A stretch of 63,214 nt of DNA, filler included, from Octopus bimaculoides (GCF_001194135.2; 4 parts of 4 records of this genome joined end to end with filler, not necessarily neighbours in it); one strand, 5' to 3'. Positions 51,283-62,432 are shown, counted from the whole stretch's first letter. The notes: generated from the letters alone by a model not told the origin. Made by a program: numbers and translations.

Positions 51283-52905
51283 ACCTTTCAGCACTTAAAC
51301 TGGACATATCTGACCCAAATATTCTACCGGTTTTATGTTCAAACTGACCAGATCCAGCCTCTCACACCTACCCTACAACATCATTCTAACACTAAACAAT
51401 CACATCACTGAAATCTCGAAGCTATGAGATAATCCATGATTAGTTCAAAACAATGTGAATAAATAAGCATTACATTTGACAATATAATCTGAATACTAAA
51501 AGGTTAAACCAGCCATATCTGGCCCAAATATTCTGGCTGTTTTATATTCAAACTGGCCAGGTCGAGCCTCTCACACCTACCCTACAATGTCATTCTAAAA
51601 ACTAAACAATCATTTCATTGAAATCTCAGTGTATGATTGATTGAAAACAATGAGAATAAATAAGTATTACATTTGACTGAGCAATCTGAATGCTAAAAGG
51701 GTTAATAACAACATTGGCACTGAATCTCCTTCAATAACAGAATCACTACACAGTATCAGAGAAAAACAGGCTTGTTCTACACAATTCCTACAAACAACAC
51801 AAATACAAACGTCTTCATTTCAGCATTTAAACCAATCATATCCAACCCAAATATTCTAACTGTTCAAACCAGCCAGATCTAGCCCCTCATATATACCCTA
51901 CAATGTCATTCTAAAAACTAAACAATCAAATTATTGAAAGATAATTCATGATTAATTCAAAGCAATGTGAATAAATAAGCATTGCATTTAACAGAGTAAT
52001 TTATCGGGGTCGATAAATAAAGTACCAGTTACGCACTGGGGTCAATGTAACTGACTCAATCCGTTTGTCTGTCCTTGTTTGTCCCCTCTACGTTTAGCCC
52101 CTTGTGGGCAATGAAGAAATAAGAGTAATCTGAATGCTAATATGAATCCTTCAATACAATCACTACACGACATCAGTGAAGAACAGGCTTGACCCAACAC
52201 AATTCCTACAAACAACACAAATACAAACGTCTCCATTTTAGCATCTAAACCAGCCCAAATATTCTACCTGTTCAAACTAGTCAGATCCAGCCTTTTACAT
52301 CTACCCTACAATGTCATTCTAAAACTAAACAGTCACATTATTTAAATCTCCAAGCTATGAGATAAGCCATGATTTATTCAAAACAATGTGAATAAATAAG
52401 CATTACATTTGACAGAAATCTGAATGCTAAAGGGTTAAACCAGCCACAACCAGCCAAAATATTCATTATCATCATCATCATCATCATCGTCGTCGTCGTC
52501 GTCGTCGTCTAATATCCACTTTCCATGCTGGCATGGGTTGGACGATTTGACTGAGGACTGGTGAGCCAGATGGCTGCACCAGGCTCCAAACTGATCTGGC
52601 AGAGTTTTTACTGCTGGATGCCCTTCCTAATGCCAACCACTCAGAGAGTGTAGTGGGTGATTTTATGTGCCACAGGCACGAGGGCCAGTCAGGCGGTCTA
52701 TCTTGTTTTATGTTCAAACTGGCCAGATCTAGCTTCTCACACCTACCCTACAATGAAATTCTAGAATTAAACAATCACATCGTGGAAATCTCAAAGCTAT
52801 GAGCAGAATTAATTCAAAACAAAGAGAATAAATAAGTATTACATTTGACAGAATAATCTAAGAATTACATTGGACAGAATAATGTGAATGCCAAAGAATT
52901 AAATA
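51283..52905. mobile_element. Array of five copies or partial copies of a piggyBac-type MITE of about 220 bp, interleaved with a duplicated spacer and two SINE insertions
   Basis: Termini of the form ttaa-cc(c)ttt.agca...gaatgctaaagg(g)-ttaa (TTAA + CCC...GGG). Copies at about 51283-51508, 51508-51705, 51820-52140 (SINE at 52003-52123), 52237-52440 and 52440-52905 (SINE at 52467-52697). Confidence 0.75.
51706..51818 (-). pseudogene. Second, more damaged copy of the signal peptide/PSI exon
   Basis: MKTFVFVLFVGIV*..QACFSLILCSD.VIEGDS, then frameshifted CQCCY. Cut by a MITE at TTAA (51702-51705). Clearly homologous to 52144-52236. Confidence 0.5.
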
Positions 52906-53631
52906 TATTTGACTGAAATTACCAATTTTTAACTAAATGTATATGATTTAAGATTTGAATTATAAAATAGAGTCAGTTCTATATAAACTTCATTTTTTTT
53001 TTTTTTTTCTTGATTTGTTCTTTTTATGTCTTGCAATTACTTTTGCTACCAAATTTTCAATAATTTGAAATAAATAGTAAAGACTAAATATTAGCAAGCA
53101 GTATTCCAGAGAGCCAAATTCCCAATTCAATTTTGATTCCCAGTCGATGCCACTTCATTTCACTAACATTATTAATGTCTTTGGTAGTAGCTGTAGTAGT
53201 GTGGTGGATGCTGTTGTAGTAAGGCGATAGTATTAATAAGTGAAGACTTCACACACCTACAAAAATAATTGAATGCTGTAGTTGCATGTAGTGTTAGTGT
53301 TCTTTATGGCCCAAGATCACATCTTTGATGGGGGGGGGGGTAGTGATGGTTTGTGACGTTGGTAGTGGTAGTTGTAGTAGTAGTAGTAGTGGTGGTGGTG
53401 GTAGTAATGGTAGTGGTGGTAGTGGTAACAACAATAAGTAGAAGTAGTGGTGATGCTGGTGTTAGTGGTGGTGGTTGTGGTAGTAGTAGTAGTAGTAGTA
53501 ATAGTGGTGGTGGTGGTAGTAATAATAGTAGTGGTAGTGGTAGTAATAGTAGTAGTAGTTAGTGGTGCTGGTTGAAGTAGTGGTAATAATAGTAGTAGTA
53601 GTGGTGGTGCTGGTTGTGGTAGTGGTAGTAA

Positions 53632-53665
<34 letters not shown>

Positions 53666-53825
53666 AGTAATAGTAGTAGTAGTGTGGTAGTGGTAGTAAT
53701 AGTAGTATTAGTAGTAGTGGGGGTGGTAGTAGTGCTGGGGGTGTTCATCATCGTAATAGTAATGATAGTGGTGGTGGTGGTGATGTGGTAGTGGTGGTGT
53801 AGTAATAGTAGTGGTGGTGGTGGTG

Positions 53826-53908
<83 letters not shown>

Positions 53909-54788
53909 GGTGGTGGTACAGGTGACAGCAGAAGTATGTCAAATTAACAATATACTGAAACAACTTCCTGGGTTAAGATAAAGAAATCAAATTTATTCAC
54001 ACAAGAATAAATTAATAATGGAAAACAGAAAGAAGTACAAGTTTGGTATTCTGAGAAAAAGATAGTCACAGCCAAATAATGTTTGAGAAGAAGTATAAAT
54101 CAGTGTTTTTCTTTTCTTTCTTTTCAGAAGAAGAATTCCCTTCCTTACAAGTTCATCTCTGCTTCTCATATACATTATAGTCACGACATTTTTCACAGAT
54201 GCTTATGTTTTCAACCAGTTCCTGTTGACGTAGACAATATTTCACCTAGATGCACTAACGATTTTATCGACGAATTAATGAGTTTTAACTTTGGTTCTTA
54301 TTAAATTTATGGAAAGCAATGAAAGAGTAAAATCTTCAAACATAGTTTTGTTTCCAAGTTGATGGCATGAACATCGCAAAACTTGATTTTTTTCCCATCT
54401 TTTAAATCTAAAACAAATGGCTTCTTGTAATTTACAAGAATGGAGAAACTAATATTTGATTTTTAAATGATATTTTCCTTTTAGTTTTTTACTTGTTTCA
54501 GTTCTTAGACTGCGGTCATGCTGGAGCACAACCTTGCAGAATTTTAGTCAAATAAATCGTCCCCGGTAATACTCTTTTATTCTTTTACTTGTTTCAGTCA
54601 TTTGACTGTGGCTATGTTGGAGCACCGCCTTTAGTCGAGCAAATCGACCCCATGACTTATTCTATTGGATCCTTTTGCCGAACCGCAAGGTGCTGAGTGA
54701 CGGGGACGTAAACACACCAGCATCGGTTGTTAAGCGATGTTGGGGGGACAAACACAGACACAAACATATACACACACATATATATATA

Positions 54789-55513
54789 TTAATTCTCTAA
54801 ATGAAGTATTAACAGTAACTGCACGATAAAGTGTAGTATATTGCCACTTAAGTGTGGCTGACCCCTAGGGGTGGATGTTACTGTTGCTTTTAGCCCCAGG
54901 AGGGGTCAGCCACATTTAAATGGCAATATACTACACTTTATCGTGCAGTTACTGTTAATACTTCATTTAGAGAATTAACATTGCTTGTTTTCACCTTTTC
55001 GATATCAGTGAAGAATTTCACTGGAAAAGTAGATATAAGATTGCCAAGATTTTGTCTCTCTCACCAAGGATCAGTGGCTATCGAACGTCAACGAAGGGAA
55101 ATAACCCTGAAATCCGGATCCATTCGTGCTACAGATTATGGTGAGAGGGATAACTTCCCTTGGCAAACAGGACACAGTAGTGTGTCGATAAGCCAGCTGG
55201 AGGAGATGTCCTCCTGGGGCTAAAAGCAACAGTAACATCCACCCCTAGGGGTCAGCCACACTTAAGTGGCAATATACTACACTTTATCGTGCAGTTACTG
55301 TTAATACTTCATTTAGAGAATTAACATTGCTTGTTTTCACCTTTTCGATATCAGTGAAGAATTTCACTGGAAAAGTAGATATAAGATTGCCAAGATTTTG
55401 TCTCTCTCACCAAGGATCAGTGGCTATCGAACGTCAACGAAGGGAAATAACCCTGAAATCCGGATCCATTCGTGCTACAGATTATGGTGAGAGGGATAAC
55501 TTCCCTTGGCAAA
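54789..55513. mobile_element. Inverted-plus-tandem structured repeat: 346-bp direct unit x2 (second truncated by the gap) preceded by an inverted 114-bp copy
   Basis: 54902-55247 repeats from 55248. 54789-54902 is the reverse complement of 55211-55324. 54789-54866 also pairs with 54901-54978 (78-bp arms, 2 mismatches). Several internal hairpins. Element class uncertain. Confidence 0.7.
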
Positions 55514-56681
55514 NNNNNNNNNNNNNNNNNNNNNNNNNNNNNNNNNNNNNNNNNNNNNNNNNNNNNNNNNNNNNNNNNNNNNNNNNNNNNNNNNNNNNNN
55601 NNNNNNNNNNNNNNNNNNNNNNNNNNNNNNNNNNNNNNNNNNNNNNNNNNNNNNNNNNNNNNNNNNNNNNNNNNNNNNNNNNNNNNNNNNNNNNNNNNNN
55701 NNNNNNNNNNNNNNNNNNNNNNNNNNNNNNNNNNNNNNNNNNNNNNNNNNNNNNNNNNNNNNNNNNNNNNNNNNNNNNNNNNNNNNNNNNNNNNNNNNNN
55801 NNNNNNNNNNNNNNNNNNNNNNNNNNNNNNNNNNNNNNNNNNNNNNNNNNNNNNNNNNNNNNNNNNNNNNNNNNNNNNNNNNNNNNNNNNNNNNNNNNNN
55901 NNNNNNNNNNNNNNNNNNNNNNNNNNNNNNNNNNNNNNNNNNNNNNNNNNNNNNNNNNNNNNNNNNNNNNNNNNNNNNNNNNNNNNNNNNNNNNNNNNNN
56001 NNNNNNNNNNNNNNNNNNNNNNNNNNNNNNNNNNNNNNNNNNNNNNNNNNNNNNNNNNNNNNNNNNNNNNNNNNNNNNNNNNNNNNNNNNNNNNNNNNNN
56101 NNNNNNNNNNNNNNNNNNNNNNNNNNNNNNNNNNNNNNNNNNNNNNNNNNNNNNNNNNNNNNNNNNNNNNNNNNNNNNNNNNNNNNNNNNNNNNNNNNNN
56201 NNNNNNNNNNNNNNNNNNNNNNNNNNNNNNNNNNNNNNNNNNNNNNNNNNNNNNNNNNNNNNNNNNNNNNNNNNNNNNNNNNNNNNNNNNNNNNNNNNNN
56301 NNNNNNNNNNNNNNNNNNNNNNNNNNNNNNNNNNNNNNNNNNNNNNNNNNNNNNNNNNNNNNNNNNNNNNNNNNNNNNNNNTATATATATATGACGGGCT
56401 TCTTTCAGTTTCCTTCTACCAAATCCACTCACAAGGCTCTGGTCAGCCTGAAGCTATAGTAGAAGACACTTGCCCAAGATGCCACACAGTGGGAATGAAC
56501 TCGGAACCATGTGGCTGGTAAGCAAGCTACTTACCACACAGCCACTCCTAATAATTTTTTTTTTAAACCTGGTACTTATTCTATCAGTCTCTTCTGCTGA
56601 ACTGCTAAGTTATGGGGACATAAACACACCAACACCAGTTTTCCAGCAGTGGTTGGGGACAAACACAGATACAAACATATA

Positions 56682-57135
56682 GAGTAAGGGCTTTTGAGGA
56701 GGCCAAGATGACACATGCAAGAGAGGGATTTGAAGAAGAATGTTGCAATCGAGAAAGTGAATCTCAGTGAGCTTTTTGTGTGCACAGTTTGTGACAGACC
56801 ATACCTTTCCTTTCTGGGATCAAATCTCATTTATGGACTCATGGAAAAATGAATCTCCACCAACTACTCTGCGTATATGCCTGTGCACAGCTTTCAGTGC
56901 AATGTATGCCATAAGGTCTGCGAATCTAACGGAGACCTCAGAAAACATTTTAAGACCCACAAATATCAGAACTTAACTGCAGTTCTTGGTGGTCCAAATC
57001 AGAAATGCAATCCATGTGGGTGTATTTTTAATACATTGTCTGGTTTAAAAAGCTACATCAGACGTCACGATGGATCTAAGGTGTAGGCACAGGAGGTGGT
57101 CAGACTCTGTATAAGGAGTGGACAACCAACATATG
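56682..57135 (+). mobile_element. 5'-truncated LINE 3' end (RTE/BovB-like) encoding three degenerate C2H2 zinc fingers
   Basis: With frameshifts: FVCTVCDRPYLSF/GIKSHLWTH, FQCNVCHKVCESNGDLRKHFKTH, QKCNPCGCIFNTLSGLKSYIRRH. Stop at 57086, short UTR, (ATGT)n tail. No TGEKP linkers. The fingers are seen directly; the LINE clade is inferred. Confidence 0.65.
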
Positions 57136-57479
57136 TATGTATGTANNNNNNNNNNNNNNNNNNNNNNNNNNNNNNNNNNNNNNNNNNNNNNNNNNNNNNN
57201 NNNNNNNNNNNNNNNNNNNNNNNNNNNNNNNNNNNNNNNNNNNNNTATATATATATATATATATACATATATATATGTATGCATATATACAGTCCCTTGA
57301 AGAGCCATAAGCAAAACAAAATATATTTTGCTGGACTAATGACTGTGGATTAAATGCATGTGTGTGACAATATGTACGAGTGAATGTATGCATGTACACG
57401 TGTGTATGTATGTGTGTGTGTATGTATATATGTATGTATGTGTGTGTATACAGACAATGATAGCAAGAGAGAGTTGGGG

Positions 57480-57515
<36 letters not shown>

Positions 57516-57608
57516 AACAAAGAATGCATAAGAGACAGTAAACTAGGTTATAGTTTCCAGGCTGTAATACAATATAATCGCATATTTTGAGATATTCTTT
57601 AAGAGATT

Positions 57609-57658
<50 letters not shown>

Positions 57659-58499
57659 AAGAAGGAAGAAGAAGAAGAAGAAGAAGAAGAAGAAGAAGAA
57701 GAAGAAGAAGAANNNNNNNNNNNNNNNNNNNNNNNNNNNNNNNNNNNNNNNNNNNNNNNNNNNNNNNNNNNNNNNNNNNNNNNNNNNNNNNNNNNNNNNN
57801 NNNNNNNNNNNNNNNNNNNNNNNNNNNNNNNNNNNNNNNNNNNNNNNNNNNNNNNNNNNNNNNNNNNNNNNNNNNNNNNNNNNNNNNNNNNNNNNNNNNN
57901 NNNNNNNNNNNNNNNNNNNNNNNNNNNNNNNNNNNNNNNNNNNNNNNNNNNNNNNNNNNNNNNNNNNNNNNNNNNNNNNNNNNNNNNNNNNNNNNNNNNN
58001 NNNNNNNNNNNNNNNNNNNNNNNNNNNNNNNNNNNNNNNNNNNNNNNNNNNNNNNNNNNNNNNNNNNNNNNNNNNNNNNNNNNNNNNNNNNNNNNNNNNN
58101 NNNNNNNNNNNNNNNNNNNNNNNNNNNNNNNNNNNNNNNNNNNNNNNNNNNNNNNNNNNNNNNNNNNNNNNNNNNNNNNNNNNNNNNNNNNNNNNNNNNN
58201 NNNNNNNNNNNNNNNNNNNNNNNNNNNNNNNNNNNNNNNNNNNNNNNNNNNNNNNNNNNNNNNNNNNNNNNNNNNNNNNNNNNNNNNNNNNNNNNNNNNN
58301 NNNNNNNNNNNNNNNNNNNNNNNNNNNNNNNNNNNNNNNNNNNNNNNNNNNNNNNNNNNNNNNNNNNNNNNNNNNNNNNNNNNNNNNNNNNNNNNNTATC
58401 TTTATTATTTTCTTTCAGTTATATGACTGCGGCCATGCTGGAGCACTGCTTTTCTCTATTTTTCATTTTATTTATTTTTTTTTAAACAATGCATGTATG

Positions 58500-59045
58500 A
58501 AAGAGAGTATATATTCATGCATGTGTACAAATGTGTGTGTGTGTATGTGTGAGTGTGTGTGTGTATGTGTGAGTGTGTGTGTGTGTGTGAATGCGTGTGT
58601 ATGTGAGTGTGTGTGTGTATGTATGTGTGAGTGTGTGTGTGTATATGTCAGTGTGTGTGTATGAGTGTGTCTGTGTGTATTTGTGAGTGTGTGTGTGTGT
58701 GTGAGTATGTATGTGTGTGTATGCGTGAGAGCGTGTATGTGAGTGTGTGTGCGTATGTGTGTGAGTGTGTGTGTATATGTGTGAGTGTGTGTGTGTATAT
58801 GTCAGTGTGTGTGTGTGAGTGTGTATTTGTGTGTGTATGTGTGTGAGTGCATGTGTGAGTGTGTGTGTATGTCAGTGTGTGTGTATGACTGTGTGTGTGT
58901 ATTTGTGAGTGTATGTGCGTGTATGTGTGAGTGTGTGTATGTGTCAGTGTGTGTGTGTGTGTATGTGTGAGTGTATGAGTATATGACAGTGTGTATGTGT
59001 TTGTGCATGTGCATGTGTATCTGTGCATGTGTATCTGTGCATGTG
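58500..59045. repeat. Cryptic (TG)n-based microsatellite mosaic
   Basis: Interspersed tgtgag/tgtatg variants; seen directly. Confidence 0.9.
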
Positions 59046-59454
59046 TGTTTTATGCTTATACAGGGCAAACTTCAACTTGTGTTGATATTTGGTTCCAAGA
59101 TACAACTTAAATTGAAAAAATGGCACGACACGGAAAACCATTACTTTATATCTCTTTAAATAAATGGTTTGTACATATTTTCACTTAGGTTTTGATTTTC
59201 ACATGCTTTTTAAAAATATTTTCTATGCTTTTAAGTACGTTTACTTTTATATCTTACTTGTTTCAATCATGAGACTGTAGCCATGCTGGGGCACCACCTT
59301 GAAGAATTTTAGTCAAAGGAATTAACCCTGGTGCCTGTGATTTTTAAGCCTGGAACTTATTCAATTGGTCTCTTTTGCAGAACTACTAAGTTAGAGGGAT
59401 GTAAACATAACAACACCGGTTTTCAAGCAGTGGTGGGGAACAATCACAGACATA

Positions 59455-59905
59455 GGACACACACACACACACACATAGATATAAATACATACATACATAA
59501 ATACATAAATACATACATACATAAATACATACATACACACATACATGCATACATACATACATACAAACAAATGTACATATACACACGTATATATACATAC
59601 ATACATACATACACACACAAAGATACATACATAAACTCATACACACACATACATACATACATACATACATACACACATACATACATACACACATACATAC
59701 ATACACACACACATACATACACACATACATACATACACACACACACATACATACATAAGTACGTACACACATACATACATACACACACATACAAACATAC
59801 ATACATACATACATACATACATACATACATACATACATACATACATAAATGCATACATACATACATACAAACATACATACATATATGCATGCATATATAT
59901 ATATG
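59455..59905. repeat. (ACAT)n/(AC)n mosaic inside an S1 SINE
   Basis: Lies between the S1 tail module (59255-59460) and the S1-like junction atgatgg.ct at about 59905. Confidence 0.85.
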
Positions 59906-59984
59906 ATGGACTCTCCTGTTGAAAATGATGTATGAATGTTCAGCTTTTTCTGCTGAACAACCAGCACAAATGATTTGTTTACAG

Positions 59985-60255
59985 CAGTGTTTCTCAGCCA
60001 TTTTACCCTTGCGTAACCCTTAAAATAAATTTCATATCTCAAGGAACCCCTGCACAAAAAAAATTATATCCCACATCTTTCTCATATTTTTTCATCGTAG
60101 TTTACATCCGTAAATATTATCTATATATATATATATATATATATTATGATCATGAAATTAGCATTAGCCTGTCTCACTGTCTCTTTCTCATGGAACTCCT
60201 AAGAACCTTTTGCAGAGCCCTAGGGCTCCGGGGGAACCCTGGTTGAGAAACACTG
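59985..60255. mobile_element. hAT-type MITE with 12-bp TIRs and an 8-bp TSD
   Basis: CAGTGTTTCTCA...TGAGAAACACTG flanked by GTTTACAG on both sides (59977-59984 and 60256-60263). Confidence 0.9.
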
Positions 60256-60482
60256 GTTTACAGTGATCAAATGTTTGTGCTGTACATAACTCACTCCCTC
60301 CATCAAATCAACATTGCTTGAACCGGTGCACTGTGTACAACACTCCAGGTGTAAATGTGAATTTAGACCAATGTGAGATGAAGCGTTTAGCTAAGAACAC
60401 AATGCACCACCCGGTCTAGGAATTGAAACCATGATCTCGTAATCGTGAGTGCAACACCCTAACCACCAGGCCATGTTTTCAC

Positions 60483-60517
<35 letters not shown>

Positions 60518-60617
60518 NNNNNNNNNNNNNNNNNNNNNNNNNNNNNNNNNNNNNNNNNNNNTTAATTAATTAANNNNNNNNNNNNNNNNNNNNNNNNNNN
60601 NNNNNNNNNNNNNNNNN
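60518..60617. other. Artificial scaffold-join linker N44-TTAATTAATTAA-N44
   Basis: Third copy of the same construct. Confidence 0.9.
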
Positions 60618-60980
60618 AAAGTCGACCTCGGCAGAATTTGAACTCAGAACATAGCGACGGGCGAAATGTTGCTTAGCATTTTGACCAGTGTGCTAACGAT
60701 TCTGTCAAAGCCACAACAAAAACAACAACAAAATCATCAACAGCAGCAGAAGCAACAACATTAAGGACATACCAGAAGAGAAACCTCCAAGTGATCGCTC
60801 TCTCCACTGGAAAGAGTAGCTGTATTCGCCATTAATTCTCAATATACTATCTTAAGCAAGGCAGGACACAATTGGATTATGTAGTCCCAGATATACTATG
60901 ACTGAAAATAAAGAACGTGACGAACACAGCTGGAAGCGTCTACCTTTGATCGTAGGTCACTTCGATCGGGGCAGACTTAC

Positions 60981-61146
60981 GTCTAAACAACAACAGAAAG
61001 AACAATGGCGACAAGTTCTTTATTTCGCCATAAGGTTTGTTAACAGAACATAAACATAATGCTAATGACAACAACAGCAGTAACAACAACAATGATGAAT
61101 AACAATAATGGGAGACGTTATGTGAGCATAATCAGGTCACGTGATC
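60981..61146 (-). promoter_or_regulatory. Candidate promoter and first exon of a minus-strand gene
   Basis: Consensus donor AGAC|GTAAGT at 60981/60980, CpG-rich context, and GGTCACGTGATC (USF/MiT-type E-box) at 61135-61146. One exon frame ends GEIKNLSPLFFLLLFR (phase 1) just after an out-of-frame ATG. Confidence 0.3.
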
Positions 61147-62383
61147 CTTTCAAGCGGTTTCTATTGCAGTGAATGGTGGTATTGTCTAGTATGACGACTT
61201 ACTCAGTTAAACCGACGCTAAGTCGACCTTATTGTCTCCCACTCTCTTACACACACATACACACCTATGTCTCACTTCCCACCCTCACCTCCTTCCCCGT
61301 GTTGGTGCCTGTATGTGCGTGTGTGTATATAGATACACTCACACACACACACACACACATACATATATATTTACATATATGTATTTATGATATAATACCA
61401 TATATATATATATATATTTAGCTATCTATCTATATATATATATATATATATNNNNNNNNNNNNNNNNNNNNNNNNNNNNNNNNNNNNNNNNNNNNNNNNN
61501 NNNNNNNNNNNNNNNNNNNNNNNNNNNNNNNNNNNNNNNNNNNNNNNNNNNNNNNNNNNNNNNNNNNNNNNNNNNNNNNNNNNNNNNNNNNNNNNNNNNN
61601 NNNNNNNNNNNNNNNNNNNNNNNNNNNNNNNNNNNNNNNNNNNNNNNNNNNNNNNNNNNNNNNNNNNNNNNNNNNNNNNNNNNNNNNNNNNNNNNNNNNN
61701 NNNNNNNNNNNNNNNNNNNNNNNNNNNNNNNNNNNNNNNNNNNNNNNNNNNNNNNNNNNNNNNNNNNNNNNNNNNNNNNNNNNNNNNNNNNNNNNNNNNN
61801 NNNNNNNNNNNNNNNNNNNNNNNNNNNNNNNNNNNNNNNNNNNNNNNNNNNNNNNNNNNNNNNNNNNNNNNNNNNNNNNNNNNNNNNNNNNNNNNNNNNN
61901 NNNNNNNNNNNNNNNNNNNNNNNNNNNNNNNNNNNNNNNNNNNNNNNNNNNNNNNNNNNNNNNNNNNNNNNNNNNNNNNNNNNNNNNNNNNNNNNNNNNN
62001 NNNNNNNNNNNNNNNNNNNNNNNNNNNNNNNNNNNNNNNNNNNNNNNNNNNNNNNNNNNNNNNNNNNNNNNNNNNNNNNNNNNNNNNNNNNNNNNNNNNN
62101 NNNNNNNNNNNNNNNNNNNNNNNNNNNNNNNNNNNNNNNNNNNNNNNNNNNNNNNNNNNNNNNNNNNNNNNNNNNNNNNNNNNNNNNNNNNNNNNNNNNN
62201 NNNNNNNNNNNNNNNNNNNNNNNNNNNNNNNNNNNNNNNNNNNNNNNNNNNNNNNNNNNNNNNNNNNNNNNNNNNNNNNNNNNNNNNNNNNNNNNNNNNN
62301 NNNNNNNNNNNNNNNNNNNNNNNNNNNNNNNNNNNNNNNNNNNNNNNNNNNNNNTATATATATATATATATATATATAGATAT

Positions 62384-62426
<43 letters not shown>

Positions 62427-62432
62427 TATGTA

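Larger units (their letters stand above)
47541..52236 (-). pseudogene. Decayed integrin beta-like gene (signal peptide/PSI, hybrid and beta-I fragments)
   Basis: Collinear fragments 5' to 3' on minus: METFVFVLFVGIVLG-QACSSLMSCSDCIEG (52236-52147); SALCGQLDEQMSQKC...PQKVLRVDSG (49985-49901); GFFV...CYTNSC...SYK...IEKESVSNLDS...VC...FYSSSDG (49423-49070); GKLGG (47555-47541). Compare remembered integrin beta motifs C..SC.ECI....C.WC, SARC...GC, PQ..LRLRSG, GSFV, C....C...SYK, KQ.VS.NLD, VAVC, FSTD, GKLGG. Frameshifts, stops and TE insertions throughout. Recognised by eye only. Confidence 0.45.

Noticed and set aside
51283-52905. CRISPR-like repeat-spacer look
   Set aside because: Repeats are about 220-bp TIR elements, the spacers are homologous to each other, and the context is eukaryotic with no cas genes.
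55190-55270. Hammerhead, HDV-like or twister ribozyme
   Set aside because: No CUGANGA/GAAA core, HDV P1/P3 pairings fail, and twister conserved loops are missing; kept only as an untested hypothesis.
59063-59162. Plus-strand terminal exon (acceptor, GQTSTCVDIW..., AATAAA) echoing TCVDVW at 17.6 kb
   Set aside because: A six-residue match and generic signals are within chance expectation.
9375-59906. YI/CV/HT/ER/poly-L/N/H/G ORFs
   Set aside because: These are translations of microsatellites, open in several frames and on both strands.
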